Origin: Octopus bimaculoides
Lineage: Eukaryota
Direction of reading: 5' to 3'
DNA: 64,000 bases
Assembly (NCBI RefSeq): GCF_001194135.2
Contig: NC_069003.1
Coordinates: 19,732,188 to 19,796,187 of the forward strand
Shown here: positions 51,243-64,000 of the stretch, piece after piece
Layout of the letters: each line of letters opens with the position of its first letter
Position numbering within the stretch: the stretch's first letter is position 1
Notes under the pieces: generated by a model
Told to the model about the DNA's origin: nothing
Database searches by the model: none
What the model saw: the letters and a program-made list of their open reading frames with translations, nothing else
Made by a program: the position numbers and the translations under genes

Positions 51243-51971
51243 TTAAGGAAAAGAAAAAAGAAACACCTTGGACAATGTAATCCCTGGTAATGCATGTGTG
51301 TAAGTATGGCTGAATGGTTAAGAAGTTTGCTTCACAATCACAAGCTCCAAGGTTCAATTCAAATGCATGACCTCTAGGGAAAGTGCCTTTTACAACAGCC
51401 TTGCATCGACCCAAACCTTGAGAGAGAAGGAAGATGAATGGAAACTATGTGGAAGTCCAATGGATGTATTGTACTTGTAATTTTGGGCATCTTGGTCAAG
51501 TGTCATTTTCTGTAGCTTCAGATGAGTGAAACCAGGTAAACAGAAACTGTACGGAATCCTGTCAGGTGGATTATACATGTATTTTTGGAATTTAAAGGTC
51601 CAGCCTTATACAATCTATCATGATAACTCTACCTGAATTACAATCTTTGGAACACCCAACCACTTAATACTATTTTTATGAGCTTCATCCAAAAAAAAGA
51701 AAAAAAGATGGAATGGTCACAACTGGAACATGTTGTCTGCTCAAAGAGCACTGAACTGGAGCTAAACAAGAACAATAACAAAACTCATTTCTCATTCCAC
51801 TAACCTTCACTGTCTCTTTTACCAGATGGGTTTAAGTCACTTGTATTCAGCTGACATATCCTCACCATTGTCATCCCCACCTATCATCATCATCAGCAAG
51901 TCATCATCGTCATCATCATTATCCTCAATAACATTGTCAATATCAACATCATCATCCTCAATAGCATTGAC

Positions 51972-52006
<35 letters not shown>

Positions 52007-52639
52007 AGATAAAAACTTGTTTTGGTGAAGATTTAATTATATTTAATGGAAGCACTTTCTGAAATTTTACTGAAAACTGCTTCAAACCCTTGAAAGTGTT
52101 CCTGATGGATGCTTCCTCCTCCATCACAGATTAAATATAATCTCAATAACTTCAATTCCTCTATTACTTTTGAACGAAAAAAAAAAATGCAACAAATAAA
52201 CATGGAAAATGGAAGGGAAAGTAATTCATGAAGAGAACACGACAAATCAATAGTCACAACCATGTACACACACACACACAAATTTACACTTATATACATA
52301 CAATTTACTCCATGCCTGCATGGAAAAATGGTCAAAAAGACAGTGATGATGAGACTATATTCACACACACACACACATAATAAATGCTAAAACAAGTTCA
52401 TTTCATACTTATATATCATCAGTGTTTTAGCATCCACTTTTCCATGCCCACATGGGTCGGACAGAAATTATTAAGGCAGGTTCTTACCAATTCTCACCAA
52501 TCCTCACTTGTTTCTAAGTAAAGTAATACTTCTTCATGGTTAGACATGTCTCAGAAAAATGAAAACAAAGAACACCTTTTGCATGGTGACAACACTTGCT
52601 TATAACTACCATGTGATGTCAAGGCAAGGCGACGGTAAA

Positions 52640-52672
<33 letters not shown>

Positions 52673-52988
52673 GTTCATAAAGGAAATGGAAGATGGATTT
52701 AGTATGAATCATTATTGAGCATGACAATCATTTCAACTCATCCTACATCTGTCCCATGGGGGTAGGGTATTGTGCATCTGGTTGCGTTGCATCAATCAGT
52801 GCACTTCAAGTGCAGATTTTCTGATGTAGATCCAGTGAAAATTGTATCGTTACTGTGGATGACATCAGGTAGCCCAAACAGTGAATGTGCTTTAACTGAC
52901 ATACTAATAGACATATACCCAAAGTCTATGTAATTNNNNNNNNNNNNNNNNNNNNNNNNNNNNNNNNNNNNNNNNNNNNNNNNNNNNN

Positions 52989-53023
<35 letters not shown>

Positions 53024-54278
53024 CAGAGTGTGGTGAATAAATTGTCTAAATTATGTAAAAGTGAAAATAACACTGACAAACTCATTTTAACAGATGTATT
53101 TTCCAAAATTACATAAAAGTATCTTGAAATACTAAAGAGTAAATTTATTCAATAACATCGCCATTGGCTTCAGCCATGGCCTCCAGATGACTTTGGAATC
53201 TCCTGCAACTCTTCTGGATGGTCTCTTTGTTAAGTTGGTGAATGCTGCTATAATCCTTGCATTTAGTTCATCTTTGATGTTACAAAGAGTTTTGTTGGTC
53301 TCTCACTCAACTGTGCCCTACACATAATAACAAAGGGGGTTGCACTCTGGGGAGTTAGGTGACCAGATGTTAGGGGTGGTGTGGTTGCAGAAATTGTGCC
53401 ATAGTGCAGAGTCCTGTTGCCAGACATAGGGTGTTCCAGCAGCCACCCTCTTAACTCAGGGTAGCACCTCCTCCAGACACTTGATGTAGGCCTCTGTATT
53501 GAGTCTGAGGCAGTGTGGGAAGATGAATGGAGGAATAACATTGCCATCACTAGAGATCACTCCAAAGACCATGATGTTGACTGGATGTTTGATTTTTATC
53601 ACACTTGGTACATATTTTGGGGACACAGCAAGCCAACACTTGTTCTCTATGTTCACTATCTGAACCTGGTAGAAATTTTTCTCATCTGAGAAAAACCAAA
53701 GATTGTTTGGTTGGAGGGGAAGCTTGAGTTTGTTCAAAAGCTTCATAGCACGGTCTTTCCTCTTGTTCTTGATGGCTTGGAATAAAAATTGACCCTGCCT
53801 CATCTTGTACGAGGAATACCAAATGTCTTCATGTACTACCTGCCTGATAAGAAACTCAGACACTCCCATGTCCCTGGCAATGGACCTAATTGACTTGCAG
53901 AGATTGTTGTCAATCATAGCCTGGATCTCACCGACAAATTCAAGAGTTCTTTTCTTATCAGAATGATCAGAGTGAGTATTCCGAGCTGTTGTACTTTCAC
54001 AATCACCATTAGACTCATCCAACTCTTTCTGAATCCTCTGCACTGTCCTGATATTTTCACCCAGACACTCTGAAATGTTCGCATTGGAGCCTCCCATGTG
54101 AATACCAAGGAGTACAGCATGTCGTTTTCAAATTTCTGGCAGAGTGAATTGTGTCATGGTGCAGTTTTTCTCACAGACAGTGCCCAACTGTCCCTGTGCA
54201 GTCAACAAAATTAAAAACAAACAATGCGCATGTCCTAAATTAAAAATATAAATGGTGGCAATTTACCCTTGCACCCTG
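53024..54278 (-). mobile_element. near full-length Tc1/mariner DD37D (maT) transposon, inactivated
   Basis: 213-aa ORF 53456-54097 with HTH region, WFFSDEKNF, NIMVFGVISSDG, AYIKCLEEVLP, then a frameshift; imperfect CAG(A/G)GTG TIRs. Confidence 0.9.
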
Positions 54279-55454
54279 NNNNNNNNNNNNNNNNNNNNNN
54301 NNNNNNNNNNNNNNNNNNNNNNNNNNNNNNNNNNNNNNNNNNNNNNNNNNNNNNNNNNNNNNNNNNNNNNNNNNNNNNNNNNNNNNNNNNNNNNNNGATC
54401 TCTCATATATACATTATTCATTATTGGCAGCATCATTTAGGTACATGTGTTTGTGTGTGGGAGAGAGAGATAGAGTTTGTGTGTGTGTGTAATTACATAT
54501 ACAATGTAACTATATATATATACAATGAGCTTCTTTCAGTTTCTGTCTACCAAATCTTTTCACAAGGCTTTGGTCAGCCTGGGCCTATAGTAGAAGACAT
54601 TTGTCTAAGATGCCATGTAGTGGAACCAAACTCAGAAGTTCCAAGGCAAACTTCTTACCACACACCCATGCCTGTACAATTCACCTTTACTTCATTACAG
54701 CTTCAGTTTGAGTTACTTTCACACTCACAATCAATATATCTTAATATCAATCACTGAGCTATATCTGCTGATCTATCAACACATGGACAACTGTATTCTA
54801 TCAAGATCTACACAGGACACTGTGGTTGTAGAGGAAAAGCTCACTAAGATAAGTCTCTCTCTACACTTGGATAACTGTAGGTTGTTCCGTCAAGATCTAC
54901 AGTGTGTTGGAGGTACAGAAGGGAGGTATCACTAAAATTATGTACAATGATGAAAAGCTGTTACATTAAGTACAATGAACTTCTCCAGTACTAAATACAT
55001 ATATTTTAAACCTTTATACCATTTGGATATTTAACTCATATAAATTTCTGTGTATTTTTTAATACACTTGCTGCAATTACTCAAAATTGGCAGAATCATT
55101 AAGGCATAGTAAAAATACCTTGTGGTATTTGCTCCAATTCTTTACATTCTCACGTCAAATCCCACCACCTTCATCTCTAACCCCTCTGTAGTCAAGATAA
55201 AATACCAGTTAAGTACTGGGGTCAATTGTATTGACTAAAACCCCCTCCCAAAAGTTTCATGCTTCGTGCATATATTTGAAAAAAATTAAAAGTGGCATTC
55301 TAGTAAAATTGTTAGAATATCATACAAAATTCCAGGAAGTTTTTCTTCCAGCTCTCTACTTTCTGGTTTCAAATCTCACCTTTCATGATTGATGAAGTAC
55401 CAGTTTAAGTATTAGGTTCAATGCTAGTTAGTAATGTCCTCCTCTCAAAATTAC

Positions 55455-55733
55455 TGCCAATGGCTCCTGTACAGGTGGCACGTAAAATACACCATTTCGA
55501 GCGTGGCCGTTGCCAGTACCTCCTGACTAGCCTTCGTGCAAGTGGCACGTAAAAGCACCCACCACACTCTCAGAGTGGTTGGCATTAGGAAGGACATCCA
55601 GCTGTAGAAACTCTGCCAAATCAGATTGGAGTCTGGTGTAGCCATCTGGTTCACAAGTCCTCAGTCAAATCGTCCAACCCATGCTAGCATGGAAAGCGGA
55701 CGTTAAATGATGATGATGATGATGATGATGATG
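55455..55733 (+). mobile_element. RTE LINE 3' end / RTE-tailed short element
   Basis: Nearly identical to 35347-35475 and ends in (GAT)n; more decayed copies at about 32283-32440(-), 44960-45128(+), 55915-56100(+). Confidence 0.8.
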
Positions 55734-56989
55734 TGGCAAGGTGGAAGAATCATTGTCACACTGGACAAAATGCTGTTCTGAGTTTAAATGATACCAAAGT
55801 CAACTTTCCTTTTATCCTTTCAGGATCAATTAAATAAGTACCAGTTGAGTACTGGGGTTGATGCCTTTAGTAGAAAGGAATATTATTATTATTATTATTA
55901 TTACTATTATTATTTGGCATTAGGAAGGGCATCCAGCTGTAGTAGAAACAATTATTATTATTTGGTGTGAGGAAGAACATCCAGCCTTGGAAACCATGCC
56001 AAATCAGACTGGAGTCTGGTACAGCTTCTCAGCTTGCCAGCTCTGGTCAAACCAGCCAACCTATGGACAACAGATGTTAGATGATGATGATGATGATGAT
56101 TATAGTAGTAGTAGTAGCAGTAGTAGCAGCAGTTTGATAACACAGTCCTGTCATTAACAAATCTTAATTAACCAAGTTTGTTTTTCAATTAATCATTTTG
56201 TTTTAACTATCATATTTTTTAATGCACTTAGATATTTTAAAACTTATTTTATGTCATAAATCATTAATTATATTAATTATAACAATGGCAGAGATCATAA
56301 TAATTAATTCAGGGCCCTGTACCGATCTTAGGAATCATTAATTGTATCAATTTGTGATCTTTCACTAATTATAATAATTCATTTGTGGCCTTGTACCATT
56401 TGCATAACTTACTGAAGTGTGGCTTTGTTCTGACATTAGAATTGTCAGATTGAAAGACAAAATGCCTTGCAGTATTTATCTTGGCTCTTACATTGTGAGT
56501 TCAAATCCCACTCCAGTTCACTTTGCCTTTCATCTTTGCAGGATCACAAATAAAGTAAAAGTCTGCATAATCAAACTAACTTCACTTCCTCAAACTTCTA
56601 TTTGAGAGTAGTGGACTGTCAAGAATTGTCAGAGAGTTAGAAAAGAAAATGCCTTGAAGTATTCCTTCCAGTTCTTTATGTTCTAAGTCAAAATCATAAA
56701 AAAAAGTTAACTTAGTCTTTCATACCTCTGGGGCCAACCAAATAAAGTAGCAGTTAAATATTTGAGTAAATTTAGTTGACTGCTCCCCTCCTCCATCAAA
56801 TTTCATATCTTGAGATTATATCATCATTATTATTACTATTATTGACTGAGAGAGTAGTGCATGCTATCAAAGTGACACTGGGATAAAATATACGAAGACC
56901 AGTATACCCATAATGACAACCCATCTGATAAGGGAACACCAAGCAATGCATCACAACCATATGTGTGTGACATGGTGATTTCATATCAA

Positions 56990-57370
56990 GATAAACAGCG
57001 CATGACCTTGCAGGTAGGGCCCAGTTAGAATTTCTTCAGGTCAAGTAGCCCATCCTGCTCAAAAGGTCCTCAACTGAGAGTTGTTTAAGGATATTGAATG
57101 AAACACCGATGTTTCCAGTGGTGAATTATTCAAGCCCCAAGGAATTCCTCTCAACACATGGCTATGATGCTTCCTCACTATTTCTGCTTGCGATCAGAGA
57201 TGTACATATCGTCAGCCACTAAAGGACATGCTCAGCTGGTTAAGGTCAAACAACTGACAAGCAAATCTGTGGTTTGGAGCGGAATATTTGCTGTAGCCCA
57301 TCTTTTACACCAAGACAAAACATGTACGTGATAACACTTCCAATCAGTTGAGATCAGAAGCCATGAGAGC
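56990..57370 (+). repeat. interspersed repeat, copy 1 (family unassigned)
   Basis: Homologous in opposite orientation to 63720-63990. Confidence 0.7.
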
Positions 57371-57471
57371 TAGTGTCTGATATTGCATAAGAGAAATTAT
57401 CATCATTACCATTATTATTATTGAAAGATGAGCATTGTAGTTTGCTTGAAGCATTATATTACAGAAGTAGA

Positions 57472-57718
57472 ATGATAAATAAAAATGGAAATGAGGAAAG
57501 CTTCTAACAATGCAGAGACAAAAGTTGAAAAACTTTAATATATTTCAGAAACAAAGGCCCATTTCAGAAGAGTACAGTCAAAGAAATACGTGTCTATGTA
57601 GCAATCTAACAATTCAAATGATAAGATCTACATGGACACATTTTTTTGACTGTACACTTCTGAAGATGGGCCTTTGCACCAGTTTGAAGCTTTCCTCGTT
57701 TCCCGTTTTATTTATGAT
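57472..57718. repeat. two-segment fold-back inverted repeat
   Basis: Inner arms 57552-57601 / 57628-57676; outer arms 57472-57508 / 57682-57718; ~45-bp insertion in the left arm. Confidence 0.85.
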
Positions 57719-57727
57719 TATTATTGA

Positions 57728-57945
57728 AGGCAGTGAGCTGGCAGAATTGTTACCATGCCAGACAAAATGCTTAGCGACATTTCATTTGTCTTAATGTTCT
57801 GAGTTCAAATTCCACTGAGGCCGACTTTTCCTTTCATCCTTTCAGGATTAATAAAATAAATACCAGTCAAGCACTAGGGTCAGTGTAATTAACCTAAAAT
57901 TCCACTAAAATTGCAGCCCTTGTGTCAACATTTCAAACTATTATT
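57728..57945 (+). mobile_element. SINE (family B)
   Basis: GCAGTGAGCTGGCAGAAT...TTCTGAGTTCAAATTCC...CCTTTCATCCTTTC...AATAAAATAAATACCAG. Confidence 0.75.
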
Positions 57946-59114
57946 ATTATTATTGAAAGTGTTGTAATGTACAAGAAAGACCTCAGTGATCACTCAATGC
58001 CCTTCCCTTTTCTTCGGTTGCATTTAATGTAGGATTCCATGGCTGTGCCAGTAATTATCATTCATGATAAAAGCTTTTGACGGGATTAAATTTGGTAGTC
58101 AATAAATAGGGTTATAAGATTATCAACAAAAGATGGAAGTAAACATAATACTTAATTCTTTTGAAAAATGTTTAAACTGGTAAGTCATAGCTTCTTAGAA
58201 ATAAACCAAATTTTAATATCATTTGGTAGATGAATTATCCATGAGATTTCTAGAAAACTAACCATAATTAGAAGAACATAGAGCATAAAAGTCTTTAATG
58301 GTTTCACTTTAAGAAATTGCAAAAGTTATTTGCAGTGAGTAATCTCTTAAACTTAGGTTATATGTGACAAATATGAAAGAAGGTTGATTTAGTGCAGAAA
58401 TATTTGAAATTTTAGAGGTTCTTTATTTATTCTTTGGTGTTCAATATTTCCTTTGTTTTTTGGGAGTTCTTTGTTGTTGTTTTTTATCTTTCCATATGAT
58501 GAAAGCTTAGAATATTTTCTACAAACAGAGATGAAAAGAATTCTATGGTTAAGAAAAAAAAAGAAAGATATTAAAGACACTGAAAAATGAGGAGCCAAAT
58601 GGTATTTTGCTATAATTATTTTCACCTTTTTTACATCAATTTACATTTAATAATAATAATAATTCCTAAGTATTATTCATGTTATAGAAATATATCCAAC
58701 CGAGTTAATAGCTATTTCCCTAAGTACTTTAGCTTAAAGCTGATAATTCCAACAGAATAGTGTTATATAATGGCATCATTGAAATAAAAAAGAAAAATTT
58801 CAAAAAAAGGTTCTTCTGAAACGAAAATAATTCAGTAACAAGAAAAGAATTTAAGAAATAGCTTATAAAATCTATAGTCACATATCTGCCAGGTATAAAA
58901 ATGATTGAATTCTGAAACTATTACAATTCCTCTGTGCTTCCATAGATTCACAAAATTCACAAAATTTCAAAGAATAACTTTTTCCTTTAATTTTTGTTTT
59001 TGCTTATTTATTATTTTCTGTTTTATATTTTTACCTTGTCCCATGTTAATATGAATAAAATGTTCAGCAGTTTTTTTTTTTTTTGGTTTTATTTTTTTTG
59101 TAAGTTTCAACAAA

Positions 59115-59508
59115 GGTGCAAGTATGGCTGTGTGGTAAGAGGTTTGCTTCCCAAACACATGGCTCCAGGTTCATTTGCACTGCATGACATCTTGCACAAA
59201 TGTCTTCTACTGCAGCCCCAGGCCAACCAAAGATTTGTGAGAGGATTTGCTAAATGGAAACTCAAAAAAAGCCTGTTGTGCATATATGTATATATCTATG
59301 TGAGAGTGTCTTTGTGTTTGTCTCCCATCAATGCTTGACAACCAGTGTGGGTTTCTTTACATTCCCATATGTTGCAAATTTGGTAAAAGAGACTGATTGA
59401 ATAAGTACCAGACTTGAAAAAATAAGTAGTGAGGTAGATTTGCTCAACTAAACCCTTCAAGGTAGTGCCCCAGCATGGCTGCAATTCAATGACTGAAACA
59501 AGTAAGAG
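59115..59508 (+). mobile_element. tRNA-derived SINE (family A)
   Basis: Full-length family copy. Confidence 0.75.
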
Positions 59509-59589
59509 AAATGGTTGCTGGGGGTTTTTTCTTTCATTTATTCTTTTTGAATATAACTGCCTAAATAGACTGAGGTAGTAGAGTTAATA

Positions 59590-60447
59590 CAGGGTGCAAT
59601 GGGTAAATTGTCACCATTTTATATTTTTGATTTCGCACATGTGCATTGTTTTTGATTTTGTTGACTACACAGTATAGTAGGGTCAGTTCGGCACTGTCTG
59701 TGAGAAAAACAGCACCATGGTGCAATTCACTCTGCCAGAAATTTGGAAATGACATGCTGTACTTCTTATCATTCATGCTGGAAGTGATAAAACTCATACA
59801 TCCCATCAACATTATGGTGTTTGGAGTGATCACTAGTGATGGCGACTATGTCTCCATCTTCNNNNNNNNNNGGTGTTTGGAGTGATCACTAGTGATGGCG
59901 ACTATGTCTCCATCTTCCCACACAGCCTCAGACTCAACACAGAGGCCTACATCAAGTGCCTGGAGGAGTAGTGTTGCCCTGGGTCAAGAGGGTGGCTGCT
60001 AGAATACCCTACGTCTGGCAACAGGACTCTGCACCATGCCACACAAGCAGAACCCAGTCATGGCTGTCAGACAATTTCTGCAACCACATCACCCTTAACA
60101 TCTGGCCACCTAAATGCCCACACTGCAACCCCCTTGATTATTATGTGTGAGGTGCAGTTGAACAAAAGACCTACAAAACTCCTTGTAACACCAAGGATGA
60201 ACTAAATGCAAGGATTATAGCAGCATTCACCAACTTAAACAAGGAAACCGTTCAGAAGAGTTGCAGGAGATTCCAAAGTCATCTGGAGACCATGGCTGAA
60301 GCCAATGGTGATTATATTGAATAAATTTACTTTTTAGTATTTCAAAATATTTTTATGTAATTTTGATAAATATATCTGTTAAAATGAAATGTCAGTGTTA
60401 TTTTCGTTTGTGCATAACTTAGATGACAATTTATTCACCGTGTCCTG
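59590..60447 (+). mobile_element. Tc1/mariner DD37D (maT) element, internally deleted
   Basis: TA flanks; VWQQDSAPCHTS...WPP..CNPLDYYV; contains a 10-N gap. Confidence 0.85.
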
Positions 60448-60479
60448 TATGTATGTATGTATGTATGTATGTATGTATG

Positions 60480-60517
<38 letters not shown>

Positions 60518-60543
60518 CATACATTATATGTATATACAGACAT

Positions 60544-60574
<31 letters not shown>

Positions 60575-60584
60575 TATCTTTAAA

Positions 60585-60790
60585 GCAGTGAGCTGGCAGA
60601 ATCATTAGCTCCAGGCAAAATGCTTAGCAGCATTTTGTTTGTCTTTATGTTCTGAGTTCAAATTCTGCCGAGGTCAACTTTGCCTTTCATCCTTTCAGAA
60701 TTGATAAAATAAATACGAGTTGAACACTGAGGGTGATGTAACCAACTTAGCCCCTACCTCAAAATTGCTAGCCTTGTTTCAAAATTTGAA
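60585..60790 (+). mobile_element. SINE (family B)
   Basis: Homologous to 57728-57945. Confidence 0.75.
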
Positions 60791-61034
60791 ATTAATATCT
60801 ATTGTTGCAAAATGCAGCCTCCTGACACCGACAAAGCTCCAAGGACAAAGTCAGCAGCTGGGAAACTGCGGGCCAGCCCAGGAAGCCAACTTGCTTAGAA
60901 AGGAAGTAGTAGTCATACCTGGTTGGATGTCTTGTGTAATGTGATTCTACACTAACTGGGTTCACTTTGACTGGTCATATCACATCTTTACACCAACTGT
61001 CTTTGTTGTCAAATTCACACTGACTATTTTCATA

Positions 61035-61110
61035 GCCAACTTCACACTCGCTATCTTCGTTGCCAACTTCACACTCGCTATCTTCGTTGCCAACTTTACA
61101 CTGACTGTCT
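61035..61110. repeat. 27-bp minisatellite
   Basis: GCCAACTTCACACTCGCTATCTTCGTT twice perfectly (61035-61088) plus degenerate flanking units. Confidence 0.85.
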
Positions 61111-63678
61111 TTTTACTGTTTGTTTACACTGCCATCTTCACACTCTGCATTCATTACATCACTGACTTCACACTCTGCGTTCTTTACATCACCCATTCAC
61201 ACGTGTTCCTTCACCAGTTCAAATCATCTACCTCACAGCCAAGATGCACAAAAAAACAACGTGTCACATGATCAATAAGGTTATTTCTCCTTTGTAACAC
61301 TATATTGCTTTACTTAACCTAATTGATGACAGACATAACAATGTGGTCCTTAGACCAGCTCATAAAAAGAATCTTATATCCAAATCATGGCAGTCTGTAG
61401 TCCAGCATTCCAAGAAGTATCTACTGTATTCTAGGTTCAATTTCACAGCAAAGCAACTTAGGCAAGTGTTTTGTACTATAATCTTCTGTCAATCCAAGCC
61501 TTGTCAGAGAAATTGGATAGACAGAAAATGTGTATAAGCTTGTTGGGTGGATTACTGTACTTGTAATTCAAAGGCCCAGCATTGTCACATGTTGTTTTAG
61601 GCTGATCTGGCTTAGTTCACCTATGTTCCTCAATTATGTATAAAGTTTCTACCACTGGGCAAGAGTCTTCTACTATAAATTCAGGCTGACCAATATTTGC
61701 AAATGAAATTGTTAGATAGAAATTCCATAGAAGCTGATTATATCTATGTGTGTTTATACATACCATTTTTAAGAATGATGAATCTTGAAGTAAATAAGGC
61801 TATAAATAATAGCATGTAAATATTTGGTTAAAAGCTTTGGACAGAAAAAGTCAAAGGCTGCCCATGGGTCTTACAACTACATCTGTAAATATATTTACAT
61901 GCTATTATCTTAGCGGCATTTCATCTGTCCTAATGTTCTGAGTTCAAATGACACTGAGGTTGACTTTGCTTTTCATCCTTTTGGGCTCAATAAAATAAGT
62001 ACCAGTTGAGCACTGGGGTCAATGTAACCGAGTTAGCACCTACCCAAAAATTTCTGCCCTTCTGTCAAAATCCAAAACCATTATTTGCTTCAAGATTAAA
62101 CATTTCTTAAATGAATTATTTCACATTCTTGAAGTTTCTAAATATGTATGATATCAACAATGTGTGTGTGTATGTGTACGCGCACGCATGCATGTGTACA
62201 AAGCTTTGTGGCTGAGGTGTTGAACTTACAATTGCAAGGTCATGGGCTCAATTACTGGACCAGGTAGCACATTATGTCACTGACCAAGGCATTTCATTTC
62301 ATATTGCTTCAGTTTACTTAGCTGAAAATGAATACCAACTTTATGCTGGTGCAGCCTTCTCTCCCTCCAGCTCTAACATCTATGATGTTATGCTCAATCA
62401 AAGCGTGAGAGGGTTGAGAAATTGTCTATGTCTACTCACCACTACAAAAGCACCAAAAACAATTAGCAAATACACGTTACATAGTACCAGGTCATACTTG
62501 CTTGCAAGTGATAACCATGAGAGGTGTGTGTGTGTGTGTGTGTTCTCATCAGTGTTTTGATACTGTTTATGTGCTTAAAGCATAAAACACTTAGGTTATA
62601 TCATGGTTTATACCTGCTGTTAAAAATATGCTGGACTATTGCAAAGTTCATTATGCAAGAGACAAGAGCCAATAAGTATCTTACTTGGAAATAAGAGTCG
62701 GGGGCATAAAGGGCATCTGGCCATAGTATACTGTTTCCAAAAAGCAAGTCTCATCCAACTCATGCCAGAATGAGAAAAGCAGTTATTAAAACAATGGTGG
62801 TGGTAGTGATGATGATAATTACGATGGGCGCTAGAGATGTTTAAGAAAAGGTAGTATGGTCAAGGATGGAATGTATTTGATCAGGGATTAGCAGAATCAG
62901 GGCTGATACAGAGCCAAATAACATGTGTTGTTAAAGTTTATAGCACTTAGTGCCCTACCTTACTTTATTGCTCCAAAAATCAGCTTGTATGTCTACAGAT
63001 TCTTTCTTATAGGCTGGCTACTTTCCATCGAGATTCTCTTCATATATAACAACAACAATAAATATAAGTACTGGATATTTGTTAAGCATTTTATGGCACT
63101 AATATATTGATGTTTTTTAAGTGTCAATCTTATTTAACCCATTTCTTCATGTTATATATGAGAAATAATGAAAATAAAAATTAAAAGAAAATAGAAAAAA
63201 AACAATCTTCAATATGATGATATATTTATTGTAAGAAGAAGAAAGAGAGAAAGAGAAAAGAAAACAACAGGGGAACAGGGGGGGGTAGAAAGAAAGGAAA
63301 GAAAGATAGCTTATATTGAGAGATGAAATGATACAATCCTGTCACATCAACAATGATTTATTGTAAAACAACAAAACAATAATAATAATATGGAACTGAA
63401 ATTTAAGCCTGCTATTTCAGTGGAAATATTTATGTTCTCCAATATGAAGTACAAATACTCCCAGTAGAAGTGAGTAGCTTCCTACAGGGAAAGGTTAGGT
63501 CTGCTATAAATAGCAGACAAACCTTACCCAAATCATATTCTACTATGTTCAAAAAGAAGTGGAGTGGAGGAAAGAAAGGGCATGTTGAATAATCTAGTCC
63601 ACGATACTCAATACATGTGAAATAATAATAATAATACTACTACTACTACTACTAATAATAATAATAATAATAATAATA

Positions 63679-63719
<41 letters not shown>

Positions 63720-63720
<1 letters not shown>

Positions 63721-63990
63721 TAATATGGGTTACAGCAAATATTCTGCTCAGTATCACTGATTTGCTTATAAGTCGTTTGACCTTAACCAATTGGTGGCTG
63801 ACAATGTGTATCTTTGATCACAAACAGAAGTAATGGAGGAGCATCACAGCCATGTGTTGAGAGGAATTCTTTGGGGCTTGAACAATTCACCACTGGAAAC
63901 ATGGGTGTTTCATTCATCATCCTTAATCCTTATTCAGAGACCTTCTTTGATGCCAGACGGACTACTCAACCTGAAGAAAATTTTAACTGG
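63720..63990 (-). repeat. interspersed repeat, copy 2 (family unassigned)
   Basis: Reverse-complement homologue of 56990-57370. Confidence 0.7.
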
Positions 63991-64000
63991 GCCTCACTTA

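Larger units (their letters stand above)
6437..59871. other. assembly gaps (N runs)
   Basis: N runs at 6437-6588, 13899-14289, 15072-15186, 20650-21015, 34396-35346, 35907-36032, 44773-44878, 52936-52988, 54279-54396, 59862-59871. Confidence 0.98.

Noticed and set aside
59816-59917. 46-bp direct duplication inside the maT element
   Set aside because: The copies sit on either side of a 10-N gap: an unmerged contig overlap, i.e. an assembly artefact.
8194-60608. Many ORF-track peptides rich in CV/HT/YI/RE/MMM/HHH/DDD runs
   Set aside because: They are translations of (CA)n, (TA)n, (GA)n and (GAT)n microsatellites, not genes.

Overview
AT-rich, microsatellite-dense eukaryotic genomic DNA from a draft assembly with 10 N-gaps. 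The SINE, RTE-tail and microsatellite complement suggests a cephalopod, most likely Octopus (inference, not database-checked). Only one convincing host exon is visible: 7381-7732 on the minus strand, with canonical AG/GT sites. It encodes the second half of a PDZ domain plus a linker and resembles PDZ1 of the MPDZ/PATJ multi-PDZ scaffold. The rest appears intronic and is packed with decayed transposons: mariner, DD37D/maT Tc1, piggyBac and its MITEs, hAT, RTE LINE, a Penelope-like element and tRNA-derived SINEs. The most notable signals are (i) a core-intact type I hammerhead ribozyme motif at 18571-18668 (+); (ii) a Penelope-like 3' end at 17503-18034 (-) joining a GIY-YIG C-terminus, tRNA-like A/B boxes and a minimal hammerhead, followed by a perfect antisense copy of the ribozyme core; (iii) many long fold-back repeats, including a spacerless palindrome of at least 418 bp and a mariner with two 5' ends; (iv) a CpG-retaining island near 30.5-31.5 kb. 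All alignments and counts were done by eye and are approximate.
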